This document shows positions 47,474-58,084 of a stretch of DNA of 64,000 nucleotides, one piece after another. Source of the DNA: a virus. Location: positions 1 to 64,000 of IMG/VR virus record IMGVR_UViG_3300020420_000009; one strand, given 5' to 3'. The notes under the pieces were generated by a model. That model ran no database searches. It had not been told where the DNA came from and saw only the letters and a list, made by a program, of their open reading frames with translations. Each line of letters opens with the position of its first letter. Positions within the stretch are counted from its first letter, which is position 1. The position numbers and the translations under genes are program-made.

Positions 47474-48528
47474 TGTTTGGAACTTTTTTTTACAATGAAA
47501 CTATCAAGAGGTCGATTTCAGTTTTCGGAACTTTGTTTAATCAAATCTATACCAGTAAAATACAAGCTGACGGAACTGTTTTATCTAAAAATTTAGTCCC
47601 GATTTCATATGGGCCTAAACAAAAGTTTCTACTAAGATTACAAGACGATTTAAAAGCAAGAGACGGAAGTGTGACTTCTATATCTTTACCTCGTATGGCT
47701 TTTGAAATGTCAGGACTAGAATACGATTCAACAAGACAACAAAACAAATTAATTAGAACAAGTAAAACTTCTCTAGAAACTTCTGATGTAGGGAAGAGAG
47801 GATTCCAATATCAACCAGCACCTTATAATCTAACATTCACATTGTCTATACTTGCAAAGAATGTTATAGATGCAATTCAAATAGTAGAACAAATACTTCC
47901 ATATTTCCAACCTGAATATACAGTCACAATGAAGTTAGTTGATTCTATGACAGAAACTAGAGATGTTCCTATTACTTTAAATAGTGTTTCAATGGAAGAC
48001 CAGTATGAAGGAACATTTGAAGAAAGAAGAGTTATAGAATATACTTTAGAATTTACTATGAAAACATACTTCTTCGGCCCTGTATATACAGGAGAAGTTA
48101 TTAAGAATGTTATTGAAAGAGATTATATTAATACAGATTTACAACCTGGCTTCACTACTTCACAAATAGAGGGAAGTGGTTTGGTCAAAGAAGTTAAACA
48201 TTATGAACCTGCGTTTGGTCAATCTAATACTAATGCAGTTTCTAATTCTACAAATATAACATTCTCAAGTGCAATAAATAGTAGTATAAGTGTAGGAGAC
48301 GAAGTGTTTGGAACAAACTTAACAACAAATCCAACTGTTTCGTCAATTGCAAGTAATAAATTATCATTAGACTTGAGTAATGCAATAACAATTACAGCTG
48401 GAACAACTTTAAAATTTGTTGGTTCAGTTCAACCAAGTGATACATTTGTTGTTGCAGAAACAGTGACATTTTATGATGAAGGTGTGACCTCTACATATTC
48501 AGAGGACAGAACCAGTGATAGTAGTTAA
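47473..48528 (+). CDS. gp15: gp15 tail sheath stabiliser/terminator
   Basis: FGTLFN, VPISYGPKQKF, LPRMAFE, QIVEQILPYFQP. Confidence 0.93.
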   Translation: MFGTFFYNETIKRSISVFGTLFNQIYTSKIQADGTVLSKNLVPISYGPKQKFLLRLQDDLKARDGSVTSISLPRMAFEMSGLEYDSTRQQNKLIRTSKTSLETSDVGKRGFQYQPAPYNLTFTLSILAKNVIDAIQIVEQILPYFQPEYTVTMKLVDSMTETRDVPITLNSVSMEDQYEGTFEERRVIEYTLEFTMKTYFFGPVYTGEVIKNVIERDYINTDLQPGFTTSQIEGSGLVKEVKHYEPAFGQSNTNAVSNSTNITFSSAINSSISVGDEVFGTNLTTNPTVSSIASNKLSLDLSNAITITAGTTLKFVGSVQPSDTFVVAETVTFYDEGVTSTYSEDRTSDSS

Positions 48529-48530
48529 TT

Positions 48531-48929
48531 ATGGCAAAAGAAATAGACGAAAAATTAGATAATCTTCTAGATATCAGTTCTGATATCAAACAAGAAACGA
48601 AGTTAGTTAAAGTTCCACAAAGAACAGAGAACATTGAAACTGACTACAAATATGCCCGTGAGAACCTCTATAACCTCGTAGAACGAGGACAAGACGCCAT
48701 AGACGGCATACTAGAACTATCCAAGGAAACAGAACACCCTCGTGCATATGAGGTTGCTGGTCAATTGATAAAAACTGTATCTGAAACAGCAGAGAAACTT
48801 ATCGATATACAAAAGAAATTAAAGGATTTAGAAAAAGAGGATAGTTCTATCAAGACTCAACACAACCATTTATATGTCGGTTCGACAAGTGAGTTGCAAA
48901 AGTTCTTGAAGAAAAGTAAAGATGAATAG
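48531..48929 (+). CDS. gp16: gp16 terminase small subunit
   Basis: DYKYARENL, HPRAYEVAGQLIK, VGSTSELQK. Confidence 0.93.
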   Translation: MAKEIDEKLDNLLDISSDIKQETKLVKVPQRTENIETDYKYARENLYNLVERGQDAIDGILELSKETEHPRAYEVAGQLIKTVSETAEKLIDIQKKLKDLEKEDSSIKTQHNHLYVGSTSELQKFLKKSKDE

Positions 48930-49821
48930 TGTTGAATCATACTTACAAAGATTAAAACAAGAAGTAGAAAACGATAAATGTCCTATTGCACCTATTCATG
49001 TGGACGAAGCACACCCAGCTTGGTTTATGTCAGTTGAAGCCTTAGGTAGAAGAGCAGGTGGATACTGGAGAATGTTCAAAGACTCACAGAGACAAAGAGC
49101 TTATGCAAACTTTCTAGCAGAAAATGCAGAAGGAAAAGTAGTATGTGATTTAGGTTGTGGGCCAGGAGCATTATTATATCTTGCAGAGTATTTTGGTGCA
49201 AAGAAATGTATCGGTATAGAACAACAGTTTCACCCAGTAGTATATCTAAGAGGAAGATTTAAACATTGGAATATAATACAGGGAGACTTTACAGAAGTAG
49301 ATTGGCCTGAAGCAGATATCTATATTCACGAAATGATTGCAAATAATGTATATGAAGAAGGACTTATAAGTTTGTGTGACGCTGCTAAAGAAAGAGGTGT
49401 CTACGATAAGTTATATCCAAATACAGTTAGACTATACGATATCACAATGAAAGAAGATAAGGATTTTTTAACTACAGATGGAGGCCCGATAGAGACTTAT
49501 ACGGAGGCCTTTTTAGACCGTATGACACCTATATTAGAAGGTAAGAGACAAGTAAGACAAAGATTTTTTGATTATAAAGATTGTCTAGAAGACATATCAC
49601 AAATATACAGTGGTGATTTTTACGGTGGATTACAATACGAATTCCATGGTGACCATAGTGAAGATTCATATTGTGGTTGGGAAGTAGGATTTAACCACAA
49701 ACATTTGTTTAGTAATTTTAGAGAACCAACTCATTGGGCTTTAACAAAGTATTGGGATTTCCATAATAAGTGGGAAGATTCACCTAATCCTTTTGCAATG
49801 TCAGAGGACAATTATGGTTAA
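48922..49821 (+). CDS. Class I SAM-dependent methyltransferase, PRMT-like
   Basis: MFKDSQRQRAY, VVCDLGCGPG, GAKKCIGIE, DIYIHEMIANNVYEEG, LYP. Confidence 0.8.
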   Translation: MNSVESYLQRLKQEVENDKCPIAPIHVDEAHPAWFMSVEALGRRAGGYWRMFKDSQRQRAYANFLAENAEGKVVCDLGCGPGALLYLAEYFGAKKCIGIEQQFHPVVYLRGRFKHWNIIQGDFTEVDWPEADIYIHEMIANNVYEEGLISLCDAAKERGVYDKLYPNTVRLYDITMKEDKDFLTTDGGPIETYTEAFLDRMTPILEGKRQVRQRFFDYKDCLEDISQIYSGDFYGGLQYEFHGDHSEDSYCGWEVGFNHKHLFSNFREPTHWALTKYWDFHNKWEDSPNPFAMSEDNYG

Positions 49822-51418
49822 ACCAACTAACGAAGGATATCTAGGAAACACCCTCATAAAAAGAGCTGGTGTTGATACTGCTTATACTTCTGAACAAATG
49901 GAGGAATATCTTAAATGTTCCAAAGACCCAGCACATTTCATAGAGAATTATACACAGATTATATCTCTTGATGAAGGTATGGTTCCATTTAAACTTCGTG
50001 GTTATCAAGAAGAACTTATAAATTTTTATAATGAAAATAGATTCAATGTAGTTCTTGCAAGTAGACAGAGTGGTAAGTCAATTACTTCATGTGCATATTT
50101 ACTATGGTATCTATTATTTCACCCCGAAGTCACAGTGGCAGTTCTTGCAAACAAAGGTGCAATTGCAAGAGAAATGATTGCAAGAGTCGTGACCATGTTA
50201 GAGTCCGTTCCATTCTTTTTACAACCTGGCGTTAAGATTCTTAACAAAGGGTCGATAGAATTTTCAAATGATTCGAAAGTAGTTGCAGCTGCAACAAGTT
50301 CAAGTTCGATTCGTGGTATGTCAATCAATTTACTATACTTGGACGAGTTTGCATTCGTGGACGATGCAGAGACATTCTATACTGCAACATATCCCGTTAT
50401 TACCTCGGGTAAAGATTCAAAGGTTATTATAACCTCAACTGCAAATGGTGTGGGTAATATGTTCCATAAGATATATGAAAGTGCAGTTCATGAACAGTCA
50501 GAATACAAAAGCTTTATAATAAACTGGTATGATGTGCCGGGCCGTGATGAGAAATGGAAGGAAATGACCATTGCTAACACCTCAGAGGCACAGTTTGAAC
50601 AGGAGTATGGTAATAGTTTCTTAGGAACAGGTAATACATTAATTAATTCAAATACATTATTAGGAATGATGGCAGTAGACCCCGAGTGGTCAAAAGAGGG
50701 TATAAGTCTATATGAGAAACCTATAGAAGGACATAACTATGTTTGCACAGTAGATGTTGCAAAAGGAAGAGGTATGGATTACTCAACTTTCAGTATATTT
50801 GATGTGACAAGTAAACCTTTTAAACAAGTTTGCACATTTAGAGATGACATGATAAGTCCCATGCTGTTTCCTGATATTATAAATAAGTATGCAAGACCTT
50901 ATAATGAGGCTCTTGTAATAATAGAGAATAATGCAGAAGGTGGAATTGTTGCAACTCAGTTGCATTATGATATAGAGTATCCTAATGTTTTCACTCAAGG
51001 ACAATTGAAAGCAGAAGATATAGGTATATCGGTCAATAAAAAAATTAAGAGGATAGGTTGTTCTACTCTAAAAGAATTACTAGAGGAGAACCGATTAACC
51101 GTAATAGACCGACCTACTATAACAGAGCTTATGACTTTTGTCAATAAAGGTAATTCTTTTGAAGCAGACAGAGGATATCATGACGATATGGTTATGAATT
51201 TAGTATTATTTTCATGGTTTATAACAACCGACTACTTTTATCATTTAACTGATACACAGGTAAAAGACTTATTGTATGCAGAACAACAGAAAATGATAGA
51301 AGACGATTTACTCCCAGCGGGAGTTTTTGGGGGACAAAAACCCGAAGAACAGAGTTTTGTAGATGATAAGGGTGACCGTTGGTTCTCAAATTCAAATGAT
51401 GTGGAGATTAAATGGTAA
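49814..51418 (+). CDS. gp17: gp17 terminase large subunit
   Basis: YLGN, SRQSGKS Walker A, LYLDEFAF, TSTANG, HDDMVM; start taken at MVKPT. Confidence 0.96.
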   Translation: MVKPTNEGYLGNTLIKRAGVDTAYTSEQMEEYLKCSKDPAHFIENYTQIISLDEGMVPFKLRGYQEELINFYNENRFNVVLASRQSGKSITSCAYLLWYLLFHPEVTVAVLANKGAIAREMIARVVTMLESVPFFLQPGVKILNKGSIEFSNDSKVVAAATSSSSIRGMSINLLYLDEFAFVDDAETFYTATYPVITSGKDSKVIITSTANGVGNMFHKIYESAVHEQSEYKSFIINWYDVPGRDEKWKEMTIANTSEAQFEQEYGNSFLGTGNTLINSNTLLGMMAVDPEWSKEGISLYEKPIEGHNYVCTVDVAKGRGMDYSTFSIFDVTSKPFKQVCTFRDDMISPMLFPDIINKYARPYNEALVIIENNAEGGIVATQLHYDIEYPNVFTQGQLKAEDIGISVNKKIKRIGCSTLKELLEENRLTVIDRPTITELMTFVNKGNSFEADRGYHDDMVMNLVLFSWFITTDYFYHLTDTQVKDLLYAEQQKMIEDDLLPAGVFGGQKPEEQSFVDDKGDRWFSNSNDVEIKW

Positions 51419-51437
51419 TTGTTAGGGAAGGTTTGGT

Positions 51438-51445
51438 TATAAATA
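51438..51445 (+). promoter_or_regulatory. T4-type late promoter
   Basis: TATAAATA before gp18. Confidence 0.8.
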
Positions 51446-51483
51446 AAACAGTAAACAACTTTTTACATTAACAGGAGAAAAGT

Positions 51484-53454
51484 ATGGCATTTCAAGTATC
51501 ACCAGGCGTTCAGGTCAAAGAAATAGACTTGACAAATGTTGTGCCTGCAGTTTCCAGTGTCACTGGAGCATTCGCGGGTGCATTTCGATGGGGCCCTGTT
51601 GATGAAGTAGTATCGGTTTCAGACGCTGTTGGTTTAGTAGACCACTTCTACTCACCTGCTAACACAGACGCAGGTGCAGAAGACTTCTATGCAGCAGAAA
51701 GTTTCTTAAGATATGGTTCATCACTCAAAGTTGTTCGTGTTGCAAGTGCAACAACCTATAATGCAAATTCAGGTTCAGATACCGACGCAAGTATCAAAAA
51801 CCTAGATGCTTACCAATCAGGTTTTGAGAATGGTGGAGCTGCTGCAGTTGTAGGTTCGTGGACTGCAAAATACCCAGGCGCACTAGGTAATTCATTAAAA
51901 GTATCAGTATGTGCAAGTTCAGATGCATACTTCAACGATAATGTGACTACTCTAAGTGCAAACGAAGCTGTGGGTCAGACAGTTATATCAGTCACTTCCG
52001 AAGCAGGATTCCAAATCAGAGACATAGTTAGATTTGGGTCTAATGTTCAAGAATACAGAGTGACTGCTACTGCAACAGGAACTATAACCATCGAAGCTTT
52101 AAACAAACCAGCAGGAACAGGTTTAGTCGCTGCAGCAAGTAGTGGAGACCAAGTTCACAGATATTGGGAGTTTTATCAACAGTTCGAAAAAGCTCCAGGC
52201 ACATCTGCATCAGCATCAGCTGCTTCAGGAAGTGCAGACGAAATTCATGTAGTGGTTGTAGACGAAGACGGAGCAATATCAGGAAAACAACACGAAGTTC
52301 TAGAAACTTACGGATTTGTTTCAAGTGCTTCAGACGCAAAAGATTCACAGGGTGGGTCTAACTACTACAAACAAGTAATTAACAATCAATCCAAATGGAT
52401 ATGGTGGACAGGTCATAGCACCTCAACTCATGCAGCTACAAATAGTGTGACAACACACGCTGCTTCAGGGTCAGTTGCTTTCGGAAGACCTTCTGCACCA
52501 ATTAACACTTCACTTGCAGACGGTGCTGACGGAGGTCAACACACAGCAGGGCAGAAGTATGGTGCATATGTAGACCTATTCGGAGATAGTGAGACACAAG
52601 ATGTTTCATTCTTAATTGTAGGTTCAACTAGAACAGACAATTCAAATGAGGCAGACCACAACACTATTGTTAATCAAATTATACAAGTAGCAGAAAGTCG
52701 AAAAGATTGTATGGTTGTTGCTTCACCTAAGAAAGTATCAGTCGTTAATGTTGCATCAGAATCAGCTCAATCAGTAAATGTGATTGCTGACTTCGCAAGT
52801 GTGACAAGTTCTTCATATGCAGTATTAGACTCAGGTTGGGTCTATCAATATGACAGATATAACGATAAGTATTGTTGGGTGCCAGGCAATGGTCACACAG
52901 CAGGAATTATGGCAAGAAGTGACTTACTAAGAGACCCATGGTTCTCACCAGCAGGATTCTCTAGAGGTCAATACTTGGGTATAAATAAACTTGCATTCAA
53001 CCCATCACAAGCGTCTAGAGACGACTTATACAGTGCAAGAATCAACCCAATCGTCACATTCCCAGGCCAAGGAACAATCCTTTTCGGAGACAAAACTGCA
53101 TTATCAACACCTTCAGCATTCGATAGAATCAATGTAAGAAGGTTGTTCATAGTCTTAGAGAAAGCAATTTCAACAGCTGCAAAAGCACAACTCTTTGAAT
53201 TCAACGATGCATTCACTAGAGCACAGTTTAGAGCTGCAGTAGAACCTTTCTTAAGAGATGTTAAGAACAGAAGGGGTCTAGTAGACTTCTCAGTATTATG
53301 TGATGAGACTAACAACACTGATACTGTAATAGATAGAAACGAATTCGTATGTTCTATCTTTGTGAAACCTGCTAGAAGTATTAACTTTATCACTCTCAAC
53401 TTTGTGGCTGCAAGGTCAGGAGTAGAGTTTGAAGAAATCTACGGAGCAGTTTAA
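51484..53454 (+). CDS. gp18: gp18 tail sheath protein
   Basis: SPGVQVKEIDLT, WFSPAG, FDRINVRRLF, KPARSINFITLNF. Confidence 0.96.
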   Translation: MAFQVSPGVQVKEIDLTNVVPAVSSVTGAFAGAFRWGPVDEVVSVSDAVGLVDHFYSPANTDAGAEDFYAAESFLRYGSSLKVVRVASATTYNANSGSDTDASIKNLDAYQSGFENGGAAAVVGSWTAKYPGALGNSLKVSVCASSDAYFNDNVTTLSANEAVGQTVISVTSEAGFQIRDIVRFGSNVQEYRVTATATGTITIEALNKPAGTGLVAAASSGDQVHRYWEFYQQFEKAPGTSASASAASGSADEIHVVVVDEDGAISGKQHEVLETYGFVSSASDAKDSQGGSNYYKQVINNQSKWIWWTGHSTSTHAATNSVTTHAASGSVAFGRPSAPINTSLADGADGGQHTAGQKYGAYVDLFGDSETQDVSFLIVGSTRTDNSNEADHNTIVNQIIQVAESRKDCMVVASPKKVSVVNVASESAQSVNVIADFASVTSSSYAVLDSGWVYQYDRYNDKYCWVPGNGHTAGIMARSDLLRDPWFSPAGFSRGQYLGINKLAFNPSQASRDDLYSARINPIVTFPGQGTILFGDKTALSTPSAFDRINVRRLFIVLEKAISTAAKAQLFEFNDAFTRAQFRAAVEPFLRDVKNRRGLVDFSVLCDETNNTDTVIDRNEFVCSIFVKPARSINFITLNFVAARSGVEFEEIYGAV

Positions 53455-53464
53455 GGAGTAAAGA

Positions 53465-53962
53465 ATGGCAACAATAGATGAATTTAAAGCACAATTAATC
53501 GGTGGAGGCCCAAGACCTAACCGATTTAAAGTTTTCATTCCTCGTAGTGGTAATAGGATTGAATTCCTATGTAAAGCTGCACAGGTTCCAGCTGCTACCC
53601 TAGGTGAGATTTTAGTTCCTTTCAGAGGACACAATCTTAAATTAGCGGGAGACAGAACATTTGAAGATTGGTCAGTGACCATAATCAATGATTCAGAATT
53701 TTCTGCTAGGTCAGCATTAGAAGCTTGGCAACAAGACATTCAAGAGCTTGATTCAGGTGTAGGTATGGCAAGTAATGATTACTTACTATCTAGAGCTTTT
53801 GTGGAACAATTAGGTAAAGATGACTCAGTCCTTGCAAGATATGAATTCTTCAACATGTTCCCTAAAAACATCGCTGCTATCGACTTAAATTACGAAACAG
53901 TAGATGCATTAGAGGAGTTTACAGTTGACTTCACATATTCGCATTGGGAAAGAGTCGTTTAA
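53465..53962 (+). CDS. gp19: gp19 tail tube protein
   Basis: GGGPRPNRF, FLCKAAQVP, AGDRTFEDW, EEFTVDF. Confidence 0.95.
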   Translation: MATIDEFKAQLIGGGPRPNRFKVFIPRSGNRIEFLCKAAQVPAATLGEILVPFRGHNLKLAGDRTFEDWSVTIINDSEFSARSALEAWQQDIQELDSGVGMASNDYLLSRAFVEQLGKDDSVLARYEFFNMFPKNIAAIDLNYETVDALEEFTVDFTYSHWERVV

Positions 53963-54007
53963 AACTTTAAGTGAAAAGACTCCTTTTAGGGGAGACTAAA
54001 TAATATT

Positions 54008-55540
54008 ATGGAAATATTTGGGTTTGAAATAACTCGTAAGAAAGACGAGTTAAGAGTCAAGGAGACACAGACTGCAAAGTCATTTGTGCCTCCTGTTGAC
54101 GATGATGGCACTCCCGTCATTCAACAACAAGCTGGGTATATATCTGGCGGAGCATATGGTGCGTATGTTGATATGGAAGGTGGTATCAAGAATGAGGCAG
54201 AACTCATTCGTAGATACCGTGAGATATCATTAGTCCCCGAATGTGACTCTGCGATAGAAGATATCGTAAATGAGTGTATCACTGCTGATGTTTCAGATAA
54301 GATTGTGACACTCGATTTAAGAGATGTAAAACTCTCTGATAGTATCAAAACAAAGATACATAACGAGTTCAATCATATCTTATCCTTAATGAAGTTCAAT
54401 CAGAACTCTCATGAAATATTCAGAAAGTGGTATGTAGATGGAAGAATATACTTCCATAAGGTCGTTGATAGCAAACGACCTAATTTAGGTGTGGTAGATT
54501 TAAGAATCATTGACCCACTTAAGATAAAGAAGGTTAGGAATGTCGAGAAAGGTAAAGACCCTAAGACAGGTATAGAAAGAGTAGAGAAGATTGAAGAGTT
54601 CTATGTCTTTAACGACAAAGGATTTGACAAGTCTAGTGCAACAGACGGTAATGTCGTAAGAATTGCACCTGAGGCCGTCTCATACACTACTAGTGGCCTT
54701 CTAGACTACACAAAGAATGTTGTAGTCGGGTATCTGCATAAGGCATTGAAGACTGCAAACCAGTTATCAATGATGGAAGATGCACTTGTTATCTATAGGA
54801 TTTCAAGGGCTCCTGAAAGAAGAATCTTCTATATTGATGTTGGAAACTTGCCAAAGGCAAAAGCAGAACAATACTTATCAGATGTAATGAACAAGTATAG
54901 AAATAAACTTGTTTACAATGCACAGACAGGTGAAATCAAAGATGATAGAAAACACATGTCTATGCTTGAAGATTTTTGGTTGCCTAGAAGAGAAGGTGGT
55001 CGTGGAACAGAGATTACTACACTTCCAGGCGGACAGAACCTTGCAGATATTGACGATATAGAATACTTCAAGAAGAAACTATATCAGTCATTAAATGTGC
55101 CTGCAACGAGATTAGAAGCAGAAAATGGATTCAATATGGGTCGTGCTTCAGAAATCTCAAGAGACGAACTTAAATTTAATAAGTTCACTCAAAGATTACA
55201 GGCTAAGTTTGCAAGAACATTTATAGATATCCTTAAGACACAATTAGTTCTTAAGAATGTTGTAAATGGGGAGGAGTATGATAAGATAAAAGACTTCTTC
55301 TACTTTGATTTTGCAACTGACAACCATTTTACAGAGTTGAAAGATGCAGAAATTTTAAGAGAGAGGTTAGATACTCTCGGTGCAATAGGTGATTATGTAG
55401 GTAAATACTATTCAAATGAATATGTTAGAAAGTATATCCTACACCAGTCGGAAGACGAAATCAAAGTCATTGACCAACAGATACAAGACGAAGGTGGTGA
55501 CGAAGGTGGAGAAGAAGACGATAGCTTTGGAGGCTTTTAG
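54008..55540 (+). CDS. gp20: gp20 portal protein
   Basis: WYVDGR, IYRISRAPERRIFYIDVGNLPK, EDFWLPRREGGRGTEI. Confidence 0.97.
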   Translation: MEIFGFEITRKKDELRVKETQTAKSFVPPVDDDGTPVIQQQAGYISGGAYGAYVDMEGGIKNEAELIRRYREISLVPECDSAIEDIVNECITADVSDKIVTLDLRDVKLSDSIKTKIHNEFNHILSLMKFNQNSHEIFRKWYVDGRIYFHKVVDSKRPNLGVVDLRIIDPLKIKKVRNVEKGKDPKTGIERVEKIEEFYVFNDKGFDKSSATDGNVVRIAPEAVSYTTSGLLDYTKNVVVGYLHKALKTANQLSMMEDALVIYRISRAPERRIFYIDVGNLPKAKAEQYLSDVMNKYRNKLVYNAQTGEIKDDRKHMSMLEDFWLPRREGGRGTEITTLPGGQNLADIDDIEYFKKKLYQSLNVPATRLEAENGFNMGRASEISRDELKFNKFTQRLQAKFARTFIDILKTQLVLKNVVNGEEYDKIKDFFYFDFATDNHFTELKDAEILRERLDTLGAIGDYVGKYYSNEYVRKYILHQSEDEIKVIDQQIQDEGGDEGGEEDDSFGGF

Positions 55541-55542
55541 AA

Positions 55543-55722
55543 ATGAGTAAGATAGCAGATAAGATAGTAGATAGTATAGAAGCAGGGAAACTTGAACAAG
55601 CAAAGAGTGAAATCTTTGACGGTATCAAGGAGAAAGCTGCAGAAACAGTAGACATGAAAAGAGTCGAACAGTCTGTGAATTGGATGAACAATAATACTAC
55701 TACAGGTGAAGTAGAAAAGTGA
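55543..55722 (+). CDS. Small prohead core protein (gp67-like position)
   Basis: 59-aa ORF missed by the track: MSKIADKIVDSIEAGKLEQAKSEIFDGIKEKAAETVDMKR... Confidence 0.65.
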   Translation: MSKIADKIVDSIEAGKLEQAKSEIFDGIKEKAAETVDMKRVEQSVNWMNNNTTTGEVEK

Positions 55723-56012
55723 GAACCTTTTCTGAAATATCTCAAGAGTTGCATGAAGCAAAATTCATGATACCCTTGGGACACACAGAACTTAAAAGAG
55801 AAATCTTTTCGGTTGGTGGAGACAATATAAATATTGTATACACACAATGTGAAGAAGGTATAACAGTATTCTTAAACGGACAAGAAATACAAGAAACCTT
55901 CGAGGACGGAGAGTCCTTAAAAGTCGGTATGAATACAGTGAAGAATATGTTAAGAGACATGTCCGAAGAAGGTATATCGATAGAGGAAATAACAAATGAA
56001 ATTAATTTCTGA
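55719..56012 (+). CDS. Hypothetical head-module protein
   Basis: GTGA overlap with the upstream stop; lies between the portal and protease genes. Confidence 0.6.
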   Translation: MRTFSEISQELHEAKFMIPLGHTELKREIFSVGGDNINIVYTQCEEGITVFLNGQEIQETFEDGESLKVGMNTVKNMLRDMSEEGISIEEITNEINF

Positions 56013-56649
56013 ATTTAATGACTACGGAGTTCAACCCGTAATAGTCGAAGAAAACGAGAACGGTAAAAAAGATTATTTTATCGAGGGTATCTTTATGCAA
56101 TCAGAGATTAAAAATCGAAATGGTCGTATATACCCAAAAGAAGTTATACAGAACGAAGTAAAAAGATATAATAAAGAGTTCGTTCAAAAAGATAGAGCAT
56201 TCGGAGAGTTAGGACACCCCGAAGGGCCAACAATCAATTTAGACAAAGTATCCCATTTAATTACGAAATTAGAAGAAGATGGAAACAATTTCGTTGGGAG
56301 AGCAAAGATTTTATCAACACCAAACGGTCAAATAGTAAAAAATTTGATAGACGATGGTGCCAAACTAGGTGTATCCTCTAGAGGTCTAGGTTCACTAGAA
56401 TCAAAAGGAAACGCACAGTATGTAAAAGACGATTTTCAACTTGCAACAGCAGGAGATATCGTCGCAGACCCCTCTGCACCTGAGGCTTTCGTAGAAGGCA
56501 TTATGGAAGGAGTAGAGTGGATATATGAAAACGGTAGATTGAAAGCATATGAAATCGACCAAATGCAGAAGGATTTAAAGTCTGCTAGGTTGCATAAACT
56601 TCAAGAAACCAAATTGAATCTATGGAAAAGGTTTGTTGAAAGCCTTTAG
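55996..56649 (+). CDS. gp21: gp21 prohead protease
   Basis: KNRNGRIYP, GELGHP, GVSSRGLGS, DIVADPSAP. Confidence 0.96.
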   Translation: MKLISEFNDYGVQPVIVEENENGKKDYFIEGIFMQSEIKNRNGRIYPKEVIQNEVKRYNKEFVQKDRAFGELGHPEGPTINLDKVSHLITKLEEDGNNFVGRAKILSTPNGQIVKNLIDDGAKLGVSSRGLGSLESKGNAQYVKDDFQLATAGDIVADPSAPEAFVEGIMEGVEWIYENGRLKAYEIDQMQKDLKSARLHKLQETKLNLWKRFVESL

Positions 56650-56651
56650 CA

Positions 56652-56659
56652 TATAAATA
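56652..56659 (+). promoter_or_regulatory. T4-type late promoter
   Basis: TATAAATA before gp22. Confidence 0.8.
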
Positions 56660-56687
56660 AAAAAGTAATCATAAACAGGAGAAATTT

Positions 56688-58064
56688 ATGTCAGATTTAG
56701 AAAACCAAGTGGAAAACACCGAAGAAGTGCTTGACGAAGTTAAGCAACCTCATGACGGTGCAGAACAGGGCGATAAATCTGCTGTTAAACAAGGTTCATC
56801 CGATGCCGAGAAAATTGAATCCGGCAAGGCTGAAGTCGTCAAGCCTGAAGAAAATCCTGTTGACAAAGCCGTAGCATCTGTTAAAGCTGCTGAGAAAGCC
56901 CCTTCAAATGAAGGTGACGCTCAGAAGAAAGGTGCAGCACCTGCTGAAAAAGGTGACAAACTCAAAGAAGGAGAAGAGGAGTCTAAAGTAGACGAATCAA
57001 CTGTTTCCAAGATGGAAAATATCAAGGCAGTAGTCGACAAGATGAAAGGTCTCGACAAGGCAAGTATAAAAGAAATGCTTGCATCATTGTCAGAAGAGGA
57101 CGAAGAGGTCGATGAATCCTTGACTAAAGCAGAAGTCGCAAGAAAAGTAGTAGAAAGTTTAAAAGCAATGTCTCAAGAAGATGTCGCTAAATTCGTAGAA
57201 GGATACGGAATGGAAGACGAAGAAGAGGACGAAGATGAAGATGAAGAACATGAAGAGTCCAAAAATGTCAAAGAAGAATCCGTAGACGAAGAAACTTCTG
57301 CTGAACTCGAATCTTCCCTAGTAGAGATAGAAATAGATGACGACCTATCTAAAATCTCAGAAGCACTAGAACTATCAGAAGAGAATTCAGAAAAAGCAAA
57401 AACAATCTTCAAAGCTGCTGTCACAAGCAAAGTTGAAGAGATTAAAGAACAACTGGAATCTCAATATTCAGAAGAATTAAAAACCTCGGTAGAAAAAGTT
57501 AAAGGTGACCTTTCGGAAGCTGTAGACAAGTATCTATCATATGTTGCTGAGGAGTGGTCGAAAGAAAACGAACTCGCAATAGAAAGAGGTTTGAGGTCAG
57601 AAATGACAGAAAACTTTATCGAAGGATTAAAAACATTGTTCGTAGAACATTATGTTGAAGTTCCCGAAGATAAGTATAATGTTGTTGATGAACTCGCAAA
57701 TCGTCTCGAAGAGATGGAATCAAAACTCGACAACGAAGTCAGTAGAAATATGGACATCACAGAAGAGTTAGGTTCAATCAAGAGAGATAATGTTGTGAGA
57801 CAAGCAGGTGAAGACCTAACTGAATCACAACGAGAAAAATTGACATCACTATCTAAAGGGATAGACTTTACAGACGAAGCAGATTTCGAAGAGAAAGTTG
57901 CAGAAATCAAAGAAGCTTATTTCTCTGTAGACGGTGAGTCTATTGCCGAGGAAACCAAGCAAGAAGAAGGAACTGGAGACTTTGCTTCTAACGAAGAAAA
58001 AGTTTTAGACCCTTCAATTGCTAGGTATTCCGAAGCTTTAACTAAACTAAAACCATTAGGTTAA
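56688..58064 (+). CDS. gp22: gp22 prohead scaffold
   Basis: Acidic coiled coil; KAKTIFKAAV, VDKYLSYVAEEW, FIEGLKTLFVEHY. Confidence 0.92.
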   Translation: MSDLENQVENTEEVLDEVKQPHDGAEQGDKSAVKQGSSDAEKIESGKAEVVKPEENPVDKAVASVKAAEKAPSNEGDAQKKGAAPAEKGDKLKEGEEESKVDESTVSKMENIKAVVDKMKGLDKASIKEMLASLSEEDEEVDESLTKAEVARKVVESLKAMSQEDVAKFVEGYGMEDEEEDEDEDEEHEESKNVKEESVDEETSAELESSLVEIEIDDDLSKISEALELSEENSEKAKTIFKAAVTSKVEEIKEQLESQYSEELKTSVEKVKGDLSEAVDKYLSYVAEEWSKENELAIERGLRSEMTENFIEGLKTLFVEHYVEVPEDKYNVVDELANRLEEMESKLDNEVSRNMDITEELGSIKRDNVVRQAGEDLTESQREKLTSLSKGIDFTDEADFEEKVAEIKEAYFSVDGESIAEETKQEEGTGDFASNEEKVLDPSIARYSEALTKLKPLG

Positions 58065-58084
58065 TTTAAAGGGGAAACTGTAAA

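Noticed and set aside
57200-57260. GAA/GAC-rich low-complexity tract
   Set aside because: Encodes the ordinary acidic stretch of the gp22 scaffold.
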